Numbered from the stretch's first letter, positions 1 to 9,119 are shown. The stretch is DNA of 42,125 bases from an uncultured Clostridia bacterium (GCA_946415665.1 CAMKTI010000002.1:1-42125); one strand, 5' to 3'. Program-made: numbers and translations. The notes: a model not told the origin generated them from the letters alone.

Positions 1-41
1 GTTTTCCAGTTTTGACACTGATTATTTATTTGTTTACTCAT
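1..41 (-). CDS. 5' end of a further small ORF (MSKQINNQCQNWK...) running off the window
   Basis: ATG at 41-39, 3 nt after the stop of the upstream ORF, with AGGTG about 14 nt upstream. Only 13 codons are visible. Confidence 0.25.
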   Translation of the reverse strand, partial: MSKQINNQCQNWK

Positions 42-44
42 AGC

Positions 45-470
45 CTATTTGATTGCACCTATAATGCTATCTTGATCGAACTGCAACTGACCAAGATTTC
101 CCAAATTTGTCAAAGTGTCATCTATTAATTGATTAAAATTAAATCTAACATCATTTACTTTTCGTGGTTGTTGTTCATTGTTAAACAAAATTTCTATGCC
201 ATTAAAACCTATCGAATAGTTTTTATCATCAAATATTAGACTATTATTTTTCATCGATTGGCATGCTTGCTTACATACTAAATTATATATTAATTCTCGC
301 AACTCTTTTTGCCGTTCGCTCCATTTTTCTTCCAATCTTTGTTTAACAGCGGCAATATTATCTTTAATCTGTTGTTGATTTCCTGAAAATAATATTTCTC
401 CGTCTCTGACATCAACGACATTAATTGTTTTTTCATCCCACTCAACAATTTCTGATACAGCTCCATTCAT
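45..470 (-). CDS. hypothetical protein, 141 aa
   Basis: Uninterrupted ORF in a tightly packed same-strand string of small genes. RBS is weak and no family was recognised. Confidence 0.45.
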   Translation of the reverse strand: MNGAVSEIVEWDEKTINVVDVRDGEILFSGNQQQIKDNIAAVKQRLEEKWSERQKELRELIYNLVCKQACQSMKNNSLIFDDKNYSIGFNGIEILFNNEQQPRKVNDVRFNFNQLIDDTLTNLGNLGQLQFDQDSIIGAIK

Positions 471-500
471 AAAATACAGTATGTCTCCGTGGTAATCCGT

Positions 501-776
501 TCATGTATGGACAACAGTTTCATTATTATTAGGTTCTTTTTTTATTTTTTGTTTTTCATCTTGAATTTGTTTTGTCGCTTGGATAATGCGATCAAGTTTA
601 TCAAATGATTGCGTGAGTTGATTTTTAAAATTGGAATCATTCAAATCCATAAAAGTTGAAAGATTTAAATTATACGCCTCATTAATATCCTGATGGTTCT
701 GTATTTTAAAATTACCTCCTAAATTTTTTAAAAATCCACCGCTTTTATTATAACATACATTTATTTCAGAATGCAA
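501..776 (-). CDS. hypothetical protein, 91 aa (start uncertain)
   Basis: ORF begins at TTG directly after an in-frame stop, with no clear RBS. The C-terminal half is helical and Gln/Lys-rich. Confidence 0.35.
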   Translation of the reverse strand: MHSEINVCYNKSGGFLKNLGGNFKIQNHQDINEAYNLNLSTFMDLNDSNFKNQLTQSFDKLDRIIQATKQIQDEKQKIKKEPNNNETVVHT

Positions 777-836
777 ATTAATATTTTTATTATCATAAAG
801 ATTTTTATCGTTCTTGCCAATATTAACATTCTTTAA

Positions 837-1082
837 TTATTTTTCACTGTCATCTTTGTATTTATTTAACTCTTTTTCTTTAAAACCCGGCAAATTGGCA
901 ACAAAAAGTAAACCAAATCTTTTTAAATCACTTAAATCACGAAACGCGATTTTATGAATATCTTTATAGACTTCGATAACTGCGATATATCTATCCGGAC
1001 GATCTTTATTCTGTTCCGGGTCAATAATTTTGCTGAAATATACTGCATGATCTCTTGTTATCATCCGGATAAAGTTCCTCAT
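837..1082 (-). CDS. hypothetical protein, 81 aa
   Basis: ATG preceded by AAGGAA. Same-strand operon context. Confidence 0.45.
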   Translation of the reverse strand: MRNFIRMITRDHAVYFSKIIDPEQNKDRPDRYIAVIEVYKDIHKIAFRDLSDLKRFGLLFVANLPGFKEKELNKYKDDSEK

Positions 1083-1130
1083 AAGATTCCTTATTTTGTT
1101 TTACCTCACTTTGATTAAAATATTTGTCCT

Positions 1131-1304
1131 CTACAAATATTTCGGGAACTGTTTTGGTTTCGTTAAACTCCTATTATCTGGATTTGGATCATTTTGATGT
1201 CTTTCAATACATTTTTTCTTAGTGTCGAGCTCCCCTTCATAAGTTTTTAATTTAATGTCTTTCGTATCTCTGATAAAAAAATCCAAGTTATCTTTTTTTT
1301 TCAT
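1131..1304 (-). CDS. hypothetical small protein, 57 aa (below the ORF-track cutoff)
   Basis: Hand translation gives MKKKDNLDFFIRDTKDIKLKTYEGELDTKKKCIERHQNDPNPDNRSLTKPKQFPKYL. ATG at 1304 is preceded by AGGTGGTG. It is the first gene after the promoter at 1419-1447. Confidence 0.4.
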   Translation of the reverse strand: MKKKDNLDFFIRDTKDIKLKTYEGELDTKKKCIERHQNDPNPDNRSLTKPKQFPKYL

Positions 1305-1418
1305 AAATCACCACCTCATTAAAAAACACCAAACAGATAAAAATTAAATATTTTCAAATTACCTGTTTTCATAAGTAAAATTTTTATTCCCAAAAAATTT
1401 AAACACTGCAACACAAAC

Positions 1419-1447
1419 ATTCTAAAACAAAAAATATTATCAGTCAA
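1419..1447 (-). promoter_or_regulatory. sigma-A-type promoter for the small-ORF operon
   Basis: Minus strand reads TTGACT, a 17-nt spacer, then TAGAAT. It lies about 105 nt upstream of the ATG at 1304. Confidence 0.55.
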
Positions 1448-1825
1448 GCGTTTTATTTGAAATTTAGATAAAAAAATAACATGGCGTGATTATTTTTAAA
1501 ACAAATTTATAATCTAGACAATTAAAAAATATTTTCTTAAAACAAAAGTAAAATTAGAGAGTGTCGATAAAGACGAGAAAAAATTAAAGAAAGTAACGAA
1601 GCAATAAATGATGAACAAGAAGTAAAGTATTTAACCCGATACTATTTAATCCATCTTCTGCTATGAGTAAGCACTAAATTATCGCTTGTCAAGCTAGAAA
1701 AAAATCTCATAAGCTTGATTGTATTACTAAAAATCAAAACTCATTGTCGATGTTAAACCAAAACTTTTTTAAAGAAAATAATTTTAGAAAAAAGAAAATG
1801 GTAACAAAAAAATTAAAGAAAAACA

Positions 1826-1875
1826 AAAGACAGGTCAAAAACTGTAATTTAATTCACAGTTTTAATCTGTCTTTT
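1826..1875 (-). terminator. long interrupted hairpin with U-run downstream of the 259-aa membrane protein gene
   Basis: Outer arms are aaaagacag and ctgtctttt, inner arms aaaactgt and acagtttt. T/A runs flank both sides, and it begins 10 nt past the stop at 1885. Confidence 0.6.
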
Positions 1876-1884
1876 TTGATTTTA

Positions 1885-2664
1885 TTATTTTGTATTAATT
1901 TCTTCTCCTTTTTTATTCAATGTTTCTATTCTATTCTCTTTATCTCCGGCTTCTTTACTATTTTGTTTTTGCATTAGTGACTTATTTCTTGTGAGGTAAT
2001 CGCCTATTTTTCTAAACATTGGATAAAACATAGTGTTGTTATAGTTAATTGATTGCTTATTTTTGAAAATATTTTTACCGATAAGAATAGCAAAAATAAT
2101 TCTAAGTACAAGCGAAACCATAGTTGCCACTATCACCGGCACAGAAAATAGTGAAGCACTAGCAATTAAAGAATATACAATAAACCCACAAGCAGCTGTA
2201 TCAAAAATGCCGGCAATGATATTTGCAAAAAATTTCAGTTTAGGTTTTTGTTTTTGGATTGCAACCATAAAATAACCAATTCCAACCCAAGAAATAACGA
2301 AAATAAAACCTAAGACAACTTTGAAAATGTGCCAATTCGGAAAAGAAACCCAATGGTTGCTTTGTATATTGTTGTATCTATTAACTAAAATGCTATAACA
2401 ACTTCCACAATATTTTGATGTTTTTCTATTTTCATCGAGTGCATACATTGTCATTTCTTTATCGAGGTTATTAAACATTAATTTAATTACCTGTATAAAA
2501 TAATCATCATGTTTTTGCTTATCATTATGATCAATTTTTTTCAGTTCTTTTGGAATAAAATCAGCCTCGTATACACTTTGCCTCCAAAAACTGTCATCAT
2601 ATTCAAAAAAAACTTCAGCCCAATTTTGAAATTCATTTTCATCTGGGAGAAGCTTATTTTCCAT
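1885..2664 (-). CDS. orphan membrane protein, 259 aa (soluble N-domain of about 120 aa plus about 3 TM helices)
   Basis: Start moved to the ATG at 2664 (MENKLLPDENEF...), which has GGGAGG 7 nt upstream. The track start at 2805 reads through the promoter and tandem repeats. Hydrophobic segments include VVLGFIFVISWVGIGYFMV, IIAGIFDTAACGFIVYSLI and VPVIVATMVSLVLRIIFAILI. Confidence 0.7.
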   Translation of the reverse strand: MENKLLPDENEFQNWAEVFFEYDDSFWRQSVYEADFIPKELKKIDHNDKQKHDDYFIQVIKLMFNNLDKEMTMYALDENRKTSKYCGSCYSILVNRYNNIQSNHWVSFPNWHIFKVVLGFIFVISWVGIGYFMVAIQKQKPKLKFFANIIAGIFDTAACGFIVYSLIASASLFSVPVIVATMVSLVLRIIFAILIGKNIFKNKQSINYNNTMFYPMFRKIGDYLTRNKSLMQKQNSKEAGDKENRIETLNKKGEEINTK

Positions 2665-2722
2665 AAAATCTACCTCCCATAAAATAATTACAATAAAAAA
2701 TAATAATTTTAAACAAAAAAAT

Positions 2723-2767
2723 GACGTCATCCAACGCGACGTCATCCAACGCGACGTCATCCAACCC
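2723..2767. repeat. 3 x 15-bp tandem repeat GACGTCATCCAACGC (third unit ends ...AACCC), GC-rich, each unit with a GACGTC palindrome
   Basis: Read directly from the sequence. It lies between the -10 box at 2777-2782 and the start codon at 2664 of the minus-strand gene. Confidence 0.95.
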
Positions 2768-2776
2768 TCCCCAACA

Positions 2777-2805
2777 ATTCTAAAGCAAAATTTTTTATTT
2801 GTCAA
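2777..2805 (-). promoter_or_regulatory. sigma-A-type promoter, copy P1 of a conserved promoter cassette
   Basis: Minus strand reads CTTGACAAATAAAAAATTTTGCTTTAGAAT, which is TTGACA, 17 nt, TAGAAT. Confidence 0.65.
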
Positions 2806-2987
2806 GATCTTATCAAAATATTTTTATAAACTTTGTATACATTTTAATATGTATCTAGATTTTTTTGGTCGAATTAAAAATTGTCCGTGTAGTTGTTTGT
2901 ACTGTTTTTTATCGTTTTTGTCAATATTTTTTAGTAATGAGATAAAATTTAATGTGGGTAAAAATAATTGTTCGGAGGCAAATTTTT

Positions 2988-4025
2988 TTGAAAATAATTT
3001 TAACAGGCGGTGGAACTGCCGGACATGTCACTCCAAATTTTGCATTACTTGAAGATTTAAAAAAAAATAATTTTGAGATCGAATACATAGGAAGCAAAAA
3101 TGGCATGGAAAAAAAATTAGTCATGGAAAAAGGAATTATTTATCACGGGATTTCGTGTGGAAAATTGAGAAGATATTTGAGCATGAAAAACTTTAGCGAT
3201 CTTTTTAGAATTTGCAAAGGGATTTTTGAAGCCGATAAATTTATAAAAAAAATAAGGCCAAATATTATTTTTTCGAAAGGCGGTTTTGTTAGTGTTCCAG
3301 TGGTTATTGCCGGATGGAAAAATAAAATTCCAATCGTGATTCACGAATCCGATATGAGTCTTGGATTAGCAAATAAAATTTGTTTGCCGTTTGCAAAAAT
3401 TATGTGTAGCTCGTTTGAATTAAAAAATATAAAAAAAACTGTTTGGACGGGCGCACCAATTCGTAAAGAATTATTTTTGGGAGATAAAGAACGTGCGCGC
3501 AAAAAATTAAATTTTGATACAAGAAAAGTTTTGATGATTATAGGCGGTAGTCAGGGCAGTAAAAAAATAAATGATTTTATAAGAGCTATTTTAAATAAAT
3601 TAAGAGATTTTCAGATTATTCATGTGTGCGGAAAAAATAATTTAGCTGGAAATATAAAACAAGAAAATTATCGTCAGTTTGAATATCTTGATAAAGATTT
3701 GGCCGATTTTTTTGCGCTTGCAGATGTAATTATTTCTCGTGGCGGTTCAAATTCGATTTTTGAATTTTTGGCGCTGAAAAAATTAAATTTATTAATTCCG
3801 TTGTCAAAAAAATCAAGTCGCGGAGATCAGGTTTTAAACGCAAAGTTTTTTAAAGAAAATGGATTTAGTGAGATGATTTTAGAAGGAGATTTGTCAGAAG
3901 ATTTATTTTTAAACACGCTAAAGAGTCTTATTAGCAAAAAAAATTTTTATTTAAAAAATATGCTAGCGGCAAATTTTTCTAATGGTACAAAAAAAATAAT
4001 CGAGCAGATAAAAAAATATGTTTAA
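2988..4025 (+). CDS. murG: UDP-N-acetylglucosamine--N-acetylmuramyl-(pentapeptide) pyrophosphoryl-undecaprenol GlcNAc transferase
   Basis: N-terminal KIILTGGGTAGHVTP glycine loop and overall MurG-like sequence. Start set to the TTG at 2988, 9 nt after GGAGG. The track ATG at 2952 has no RBS. Confidence 0.9.
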   Translation: MKIILTGGGTAGHVTPNFALLEDLKKNNFEIEYIGSKNGMEKKLVMEKGIIYHGISCGKLRRYLSMKNFSDLFRICKGIFEADKFIKKIRPNIIFSKGGFVSVPVVIAGWKNKIPIVIHESDMSLGLANKICLPFAKIMCSSFELKNIKKTVWTGAPIRKELFLGDKERARKKLNFDTRKVLMIIGGSQGSKKINDFIRAILNKLRDFQIIHVCGKNNLAGNIKQENYRQFEYLDKDLADFFALADVIISRGGSNSIFEFLALKKLNLLIPLSKKSSRGDQVLNAKFFKENGFSEMILEGDLSEDLFLNTLKSLISKKNFYLKNMLAANFSNGTKKIIEQIKKYV

Positions 4026-4053
4026 AATTTTTTTTTGGTAAGAAAACAAAAAA

Positions 4054-4079
4054 ATATGGTGGGCGACCATATTTTTTTG
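4054..4079 (+). terminator. rho-independent terminator after murG
   Basis: Stem atatggt / accatat with loop gggcg, followed by a T7 run. Confidence 0.75.
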
Positions 4080-4526
4080 TGTGTAGTAATTTAAGCTAAA
4101 AAACTACTTCTATGAGATTTTTTCGAGCTAAAACAAAAAATGCCATTAACCTTTGGGCTTTTCTTTCGCTTTATATAAAAGTTCTATTTTGATTCTTCTT
4201 CGATCTTTACAAAACAATCATTCATATCTGACACTTGTATAATACTGCATCGACTTGTTTCTGACATCACTAACTTAGGAGTATCAAATTTTTCTTTCAT
4301 AAATTTAGGCAATTTGGTTTTGCGTCGTCCATACTCGATCTCTCTGAACGCCAATTGAAATTTCATATTCCCATATAAGAATACGTTTATTGTAATTTAT
4401 TATTTTTAAATAAAACAGGATTTTTGTGTGCTTTTTTTGGTTAAAAAAATGTATTTTGGAATTATGTATAAAAATACTTATGGCTGTCAAAGATGAATTT
4501 AAATATATAAAAAAAGGAGAATGCAA

Positions 4527-4709
4527 ATGTCAGATTTTACTGTAGCGGAATTAAATTCTATCCGCGAAATTGTTTTTGCGCATATTTTAAGTTCAAAGAA
4601 ATTAACTGAATATGCGGAAAAATGTAGTGATAGCAAGATAAAAAAAATGTTTGCGGACGCCGCGCAAGAAGCGCAAAACAGCGCAAACAATTTAATTTCA
4701 ATGATATAA
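4527..4709 (+). CDS. small CotF-like spore coat protein, 60 aa
   Basis: Helical pattern ...KKLTEYAEKCSDSKIKKMFADAAQEAQNSANNL is typical of Coat_F-domain proteins. AAGGAG sits 7 nt before the ATG at 4527. Confidence 0.55.
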   Translation: MSDFTVAELNSIREIVFAHILSSKKLTEYAEKCSDSKIKKMFADAAQEAQNSANNLISMI

Positions 4710-4731
4710 AAAAATTTGGAGGCATTTATTT

Positions 4732-4986
4732 ATGGATGAAAAAAATATGGTTTTAGATGTTTTAAATAATTTAAAGTCTGGGGATGCAAATTATGCAAAA
4801 ATAATATCGGAGTGCAATAATCAGAAACTAAGAAAAACTTTTCAACAAATGCGCGATGGTGACGAAAAGTTTCAGTATGATTTATATCAGGTTGCTCACG
4901 AAAAAGGTTATTATCGTCCAGCAAAAAAGGCTGACCAACAAGAATGCAGCGAAATGAAAAAATGTTTATGCGAATGTGAATCATAG
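4732..4986 (+). CDS. CotF-like spore coat protein, 84 aa
   Basis: Coat_F-like pattern: DVLNNLKSG..YAKIISECNNQKLRKTFQQM...DLYQVAHEKGYYRPA. A GGAGG RBS is present. Confidence 0.6.
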   Translation: MDEKNMVLDVLNNLKSGDANYAKIISECNNQKLRKTFQQMRDGDEKFQYDLYQVAHEKGYYRPAKKADQQECSEMKKCLCECES

Positions 4987-4987
4987 T

Positions 4988-5353
4988 TTATTTTTTCTTT
5001 TTAGACTTTTTCTTGCGTTTTGGTTTTTTGAGTGAAATAAGACGATTATTTAATAATTGTTTCATGAAAGCAAGTACACGTTTGTAAACAGGTTCGGCTT
5101 TTTTGCCGAACTTTTCTTTTGTTAACTTTATTATTTCCATGATGTTTTGTCGACCGTCCATGTTTTGCCAAACAAAACTTCCAAATTCATCAAGATCAAC
5201 GTCAAATTTTAATGGCAAATTCATGGATTGACATAAATATTTTTCGATTAATCCGTTACGCCAAATGGTTAATTTTATTATCCCGTCAGAATTTTTTTGC
5301 CAAGTTACTCTTTTTTGAGTAACTGGAATTAATTCATGAGCATCACGTTTCAT
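4988..5353 (-). CDS. PqqD-family (RRE-like) protein with polybasic C-terminal tail
   Basis: Motif LDEFGSFVWQNMDGRQNIMEIIKLTKEKFG...VYKRVLAFMKQLLNNRLISL matches the PqqD winged-helix pattern. The tail is KKPKRKKKSKKKK. Confidence 0.65.
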   Translation of the reverse strand: MKRDAHELIPVTQKRVTWQKNSDGIIKLTIWRNGLIEKYLCQSMNLPLKFDVDLDEFGSFVWQNMDGRQNIMEIIKLTKEKFGKKAEPVYKRVLAFMKQLLNNRLISLKKPKRKKKSKKKK

Positions 5354-5559
5354 TCTTAATATAATTGATCACCGCCAAAAATTTTTTTTCCTACATGAAT
5401 AAATTATAACACACAAATTTTATTTAATGTGTCTTGGAACATAATTGCATGATTTTTTTTACACTCATAAATATTTTTTGAGTTATATTATTAGAGCTGT
5501 TTTGGCAAAATCAGCAGGATATTAAAAAAAAAATAAAAAACTGGGAGCGAATTTTTTTT

Positions 5560-7326
5560 ATGACTTTAAGAAGCGAGATTGATAAAAAATTTAAATGGCA
5601 TTTGGAAGATTTATTTGAAAATGATGATTTGTGGCAAAAAGATTTTGATGAAGTTAAACAAAAAGTTGATGCGATAGAAAAAAATTTTAAAGGTAAATTA
5701 AATGATTTGGACGTTTTAAAAAAATGTTTAGACGAATCGCGTGGTATTGGAGAAAAATTAGGACGTTTGTATGTTTATGCTTTTATGAGATTACACGAAG
5801 ACATGAATAATAATTTTTACAATGGAATGTCTCAAAAAGTTACGGAGCTTGAATCACAAGTTTCAGCAAAAATGTCTTTTATTGAGCCGGAAATTTTAAA
5901 TATTTCGGAAGAAGAGCTTAATAAGTTCGTCGCAAAAAATAATTTATATGAGTTTTATATAAAAAATATATTGCGCATGAAAAAACATATTTTAAGTCCT
6001 GAAGAAGAAAAAATTTTAGCGGATGCAAAAAATATAGCTGTCGGTCCAGATAATATTTTTGGAATGTTAAATAATGCGGATATAAATTTTGGAAAAATAA
6101 AATTGCCAGATGAAAATAAAGCAGTTGAGTTAACACACGGAAATTTTATTTCGTTTATGGAATCTAATAATCGTGAATTTAGAAAAAATGTGTTTGAAAA
6201 ATATTATGCTGAGTATTTAAGACAGAAAAATACGATTCAGGCAATTTATGCAGCGAGTGTAAAAAAAGATATGTTTTTTGCTAAAACGAGAAGATTTAAA
6301 TCATGTTTGGAAAGTAAATTATATGGAAATAATATTCCTGAGAGCGTTTATTTTAATTTAATAGAGACGGTGCATAAATATTTGCCAGTATTGCATGATT
6401 ATATGGGATTACGAAAAAAAGTTCTTGGTGTTTCAGAATTGTATATGTATGATATTTACGTGCCTTTGGTTCATGAAATGGATAAAAAAATTGAATTTGA
6501 TGAAGCAAAAGAAATTGTAAAGAAAGCTTTATTGCCGTTGGGAAAAGATTATGTAGAAAAGCTGGACGAGGGATTAAATAGCGGATGGATTGATGTTTAT
6601 GAAAACAAAGGCAAAAGATGTGGAGCATACCAATGGGGTTCTTATGGTTGTCATCCGTTTGTTTTATTAAATTATGATAATAAACTCGATGATGTGTTTA
6701 CGTTGGCACATGAAATGGGACACGCAATGCATAGCTTTTATTCTTGGGGAAAACAAGAAAATTTGTATGCGGATTATACGATTTTTTTAGCTGAGATAGC
6801 TTCGACAGCAAATGAAACGCTTTTGATTAAATATTTATTAAAAAATAATAGTGATAGTAAATTTAGAGCTTATTTGTTAAACTATTTTATAGAGCAGTTT
6901 AGACGGACTTTATATAGACAAACGATGTTTGCCGAATTTGAATTAAAGGCACATGAATTTGTAGAAAATGGTCAGCCGTTGACGCTTGAATTATTAAATA
7001 AAACTTATCATGATTTGAATTTAATGTATCACGGGAAAGATATCGTTTTTGATGAAAATTCTGATATTGAATGGATGAGGATTCCGCATTTTTATAAGCC
7101 GTTTTATGTTTATCAGTATGCAACAGGACATTCGGCAGCAATTGCTTTAGCAGAAAAAATATTAGCTGGCAAAAATAATTATCGCGAATTTTTGGAAAGT
7201 GGATCGAGTAAATATTCGATTGAGATATTAAAAAATGCTGGAGTTGATATGACAACACCTGAACCAATTGAAAATGCTTTGAAATATTTTAAAGAGCTCG
7301 TTGATGAATTTAAAAATTTGGTTTAA
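5560..7326 (+). CDS. pepF: oligoendopeptidase F (M3B metallopeptidase)
   Basis: HEMGH zinc motif within TLAHEMGHAMH. The 588-aa length and sequence are PepF-like throughout. Confidence 0.92.
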   Translation: MTLRSEIDKKFKWHLEDLFENDDLWQKDFDEVKQKVDAIEKNFKGKLNDLDVLKKCLDESRGIGEKLGRLYVYAFMRLHEDMNNNFYNGMSQKVTELESQVSAKMSFIEPEILNISEEELNKFVAKNNLYEFYIKNILRMKKHILSPEEEKILADAKNIAVGPDNIFGMLNNADINFGKIKLPDENKAVELTHGNFISFMESNNREFRKNVFEKYYAEYLRQKNTIQAIYAASVKKDMFFAKTRRFKSCLESKLYGNNIPESVYFNLIETVHKYLPVLHDYMGLRKKVLGVSELYMYDIYVPLVHEMDKKIEFDEAKEIVKKALLPLGKDYVEKLDEGLNSGWIDVYENKGKRCGAYQWGSYGCHPFVLLNYDNKLDDVFTLAHEMGHAMHSFYSWGKQENLYADYTIFLAEIASTANETLLIKYLLKNNSDSKFRAYLLNYFIEQFRRTLYRQTMFAEFELKAHEFVENGQPLTLELLNKTYHDLNLMYHGKDIVFDENSDIEWMRIPHFYKPFYVYQYATGHSAAIALAEKILAGKNNYREFLESGSSKYSIEILKNAGVDMTTPEPIENALKYFKELVDEFKNLV

Positions 7327-7339
7327 AAAAATTTAAACG

Positions 7340-7762
7340 GTGATGTTTATGAGTGAAAATTGTATTTTTTGTAAGATAATAGATAATAAAGTTGATTGCT
7401 ATAAAATTTATGATGATGATGATTTAATTGTGATTTTGGATAAGTTTCCAAATAATATTGGGCATTCGTTGATTATTCCTAAAAAGCATATAGAAAATAT
7501 TTTTGAACTTGATGATGGTTTGTGTGAAAAGATTTTTAAGATGGTAAAAAAAGTGGCTTGTGAGTTAAAAAAAAATTTAAAGGCTGATGGAATAAATATT
7601 TTACAAAATAATAATGAGGCGGCAAGTCAAACTGTGAATCATTTTCATATGCATGTGATTCCAAGATTTTTTGGTGACACGGTAGAAATAAAATGGGTTA
7701 ATAATAAATTCAGCGATGATGATTTTAATTTGGTTTTAGAAAAAATTAAACGCGGTTTTTAG
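7340..7762 (+). CDS. HIT-family (histidine triad) hydrolase
   Basis: Contains the HFHMHVIPR histidine triad and CIFCKII near the N-terminus. The exact start is ambiguous (GTG 7340, ATG 7343 or ATG 7349). Confidence 0.88.
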   Translation: MMFMSENCIFCKIIDNKVDCYKIYDDDDLIVILDKFPNNIGHSLIIPKKHIENIFELDDGLCEKIFKMVKKVACELKKNLKADGINILQNNNEAASQTVNHFHMHVIPRFFGDTVEIKWVNNKFSDDDFNLVLEKIKRGF

Positions 7763-7782
7763 TTTTGTTTTGGAGGATAAAA

Positions 7783-8193
7783 ATGTCTGTTGTAAAAGAA
7801 ATTATTAAGATTGAAAACGATAGTTTGTGCTTTGGAAATTATTTGCTAGAAGAAAAAAATAAGGTGGATAATTTTATTTTTGAAAATGATAAATATAAAG
7901 TTAAGACTTATAATAAAATTACTCGGTTGGAAAAAAATGATAAGTTGATAATGGAAACGATTCCGGGAAGTACGATTAGGAATTTTAATATGAGCGAAAA
8001 AAAAATTTATTTTAGTGCCGAAGGATTAGATGACACGCAAATAACTTTTGATTTGCAGGTAAACAAAAATTATGAAATAGAAATAGATAATATTTTGATC
8101 GGCACAGAAAAATCAAGTGCGTTTGGTAAGCTTTGTTTTAGCGTAAATTTGTCAGATACACCGAAAGATATTAAAATAAGGCTAGTTGATTAA
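7783..8193 (+). CDS. hypothetical protein, 136 aa
   Basis: Start moved to the ATG at 7783, 7 nt after GGAGG. It is co-directional with pepF and the HIT gene. No family was recognised. Confidence 0.6.
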   Translation: MSVVKEIIKIENDSLCFGNYLLEEKNKVDNFIFENDKYKVKTYNKITRLEKNDKLIMETIPGSTIRNFNMSEKKIYFSAEGLDDTQITFDLQVNKNYEIEIDNILIGTEKSSAFGKLCFSVNLSDTPKDIKIRLVD

Positions 8194-8201
8194 ATAAAAA
8201 G

Positions 8202-8238
8202 CTCCTGATAAACAAAAATTTACCGGGAGTTTTTTTTA
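8202..8238 (+). terminator. terminator after the pepF-HIT-hypothetical string
   Basis: Stem ctcctg / cgggag (one G-U pair) followed by a T8 run. Confidence 0.55.
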
Positions 8239-8267
8239 AATAATTTTTCGCGTTGAATCTAAATCTA

Positions 8268-9119
8268 GGCAACGTTTGCATAAAAAGCAAATCACAAATA
8301 AAAGCAAAGGATATGGTAAAAATAAAAATAAAATCAAGCTTATCATAACGAGTAAAAACTTTTTTAAAATATTTCAATCTGAGAAAATATCGCTAGGTAT
8401 TGTTGCGCTGTTTATAAAGTTTTTTATTATGGAGCTAAGGGATTTTACAATTTTTCTTTAGGTGGACAACTGTGAAGAAACAGTGATCCTTAGCTAAAAC
8501 TAAAGTTTTATCATTTTCGTAATCTCGGTCCATCAAGAGATAATTATTATTTTTGGAATATATGGATTCAATCAACCTTCTTCTTTCAGGATCATTGTGA
8601 AGGTTGCCGTGAGACAAGCAAAAAACCACTGGATAAGGAAATGTGCAATGTGGGCGTCACTTTGTCGTTAATCCACATTTTGAACATCCGATTTTTTGTT
8701 TCTGATTACTTTTATTCTTGTTTGCATATGGATTTACCTTTATGTTTGCACTATCAATAAAGAGTATATAATCTCCTTCATTAAACGCTTTTTGCTTTTT
8801 CATGGCTTTCAAAACAAGGTTTTAAAAAAAAGCAATAGCTTTTGGCAATCGTAACGTTCTTCGACTATCTACTAAATTTCATATAAACTGCATGTCACTT
8901 CCCATATTTTTTTGATAGCGACATACATTTGCAACCGTTCTCTATTATGTAAAACATTGTACACATGAATTTGTAGTTTGATACCTTTGCTGTTTTTTTG
9001 CTATCGATATTAATCCCTCTAGTTTTTTTATTGCGTTTTTGCCAATTTCGTATCTCTAACCTATCACTTTTTTCTTTTTACTCAATCCATTTTTATTTTT
9101 ATTTTATGTGAATGATACC
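8268..9119 (-). mobile_element. IS5-family element type A, copy 1, with decayed transposase
   Basis: Fragments read ...LLMDRDYENDKTLVLAKD... and ...KKVFTRYDKLDFIF... in different frames. The ends, ggcaacgtttgcataaaa and ttttatgtgaatgatacc, are related to the copy-2 IRs. Confidence 0.8.

Noticed and set aside
2723-2767. Possible CRISPR array
   Set aside because: The units are directly abutting 15-bp repeats with no spacers. No cas genes and no other repeat-spacer structure occur anywhere in the window.
2665-2805. N-terminal extension of the track ORF 1885-2805, containing the repeat MTSRWMTSRWMTS
   Set aside because: This is the translation of the 15-bp tandem repeats and of the promoter itself. 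The ATG at 2664 has a GGGAGG RBS, while the upstream start has none.
4184-4366. 60-aa minus-strand ORF (MKFQLAFREIEYGRRKTKLPKF...) and overlapping ORFs at 4305-4690
   Set aside because: No RBS and no recognisable family. It lies in the murG terminator and cotF promoter spacer and overlaps the CotF-like gene antisense. It may be a gene fragment, but that cannot be supported.
4370-4520. Sigma-K or sigma-E sporulation promoter upstream of the CotF-like genes
   Set aside because: This was expected on biological grounds. However, no CATA---TA or CATACA-type -10 element at sensible spacing could be found by eye.
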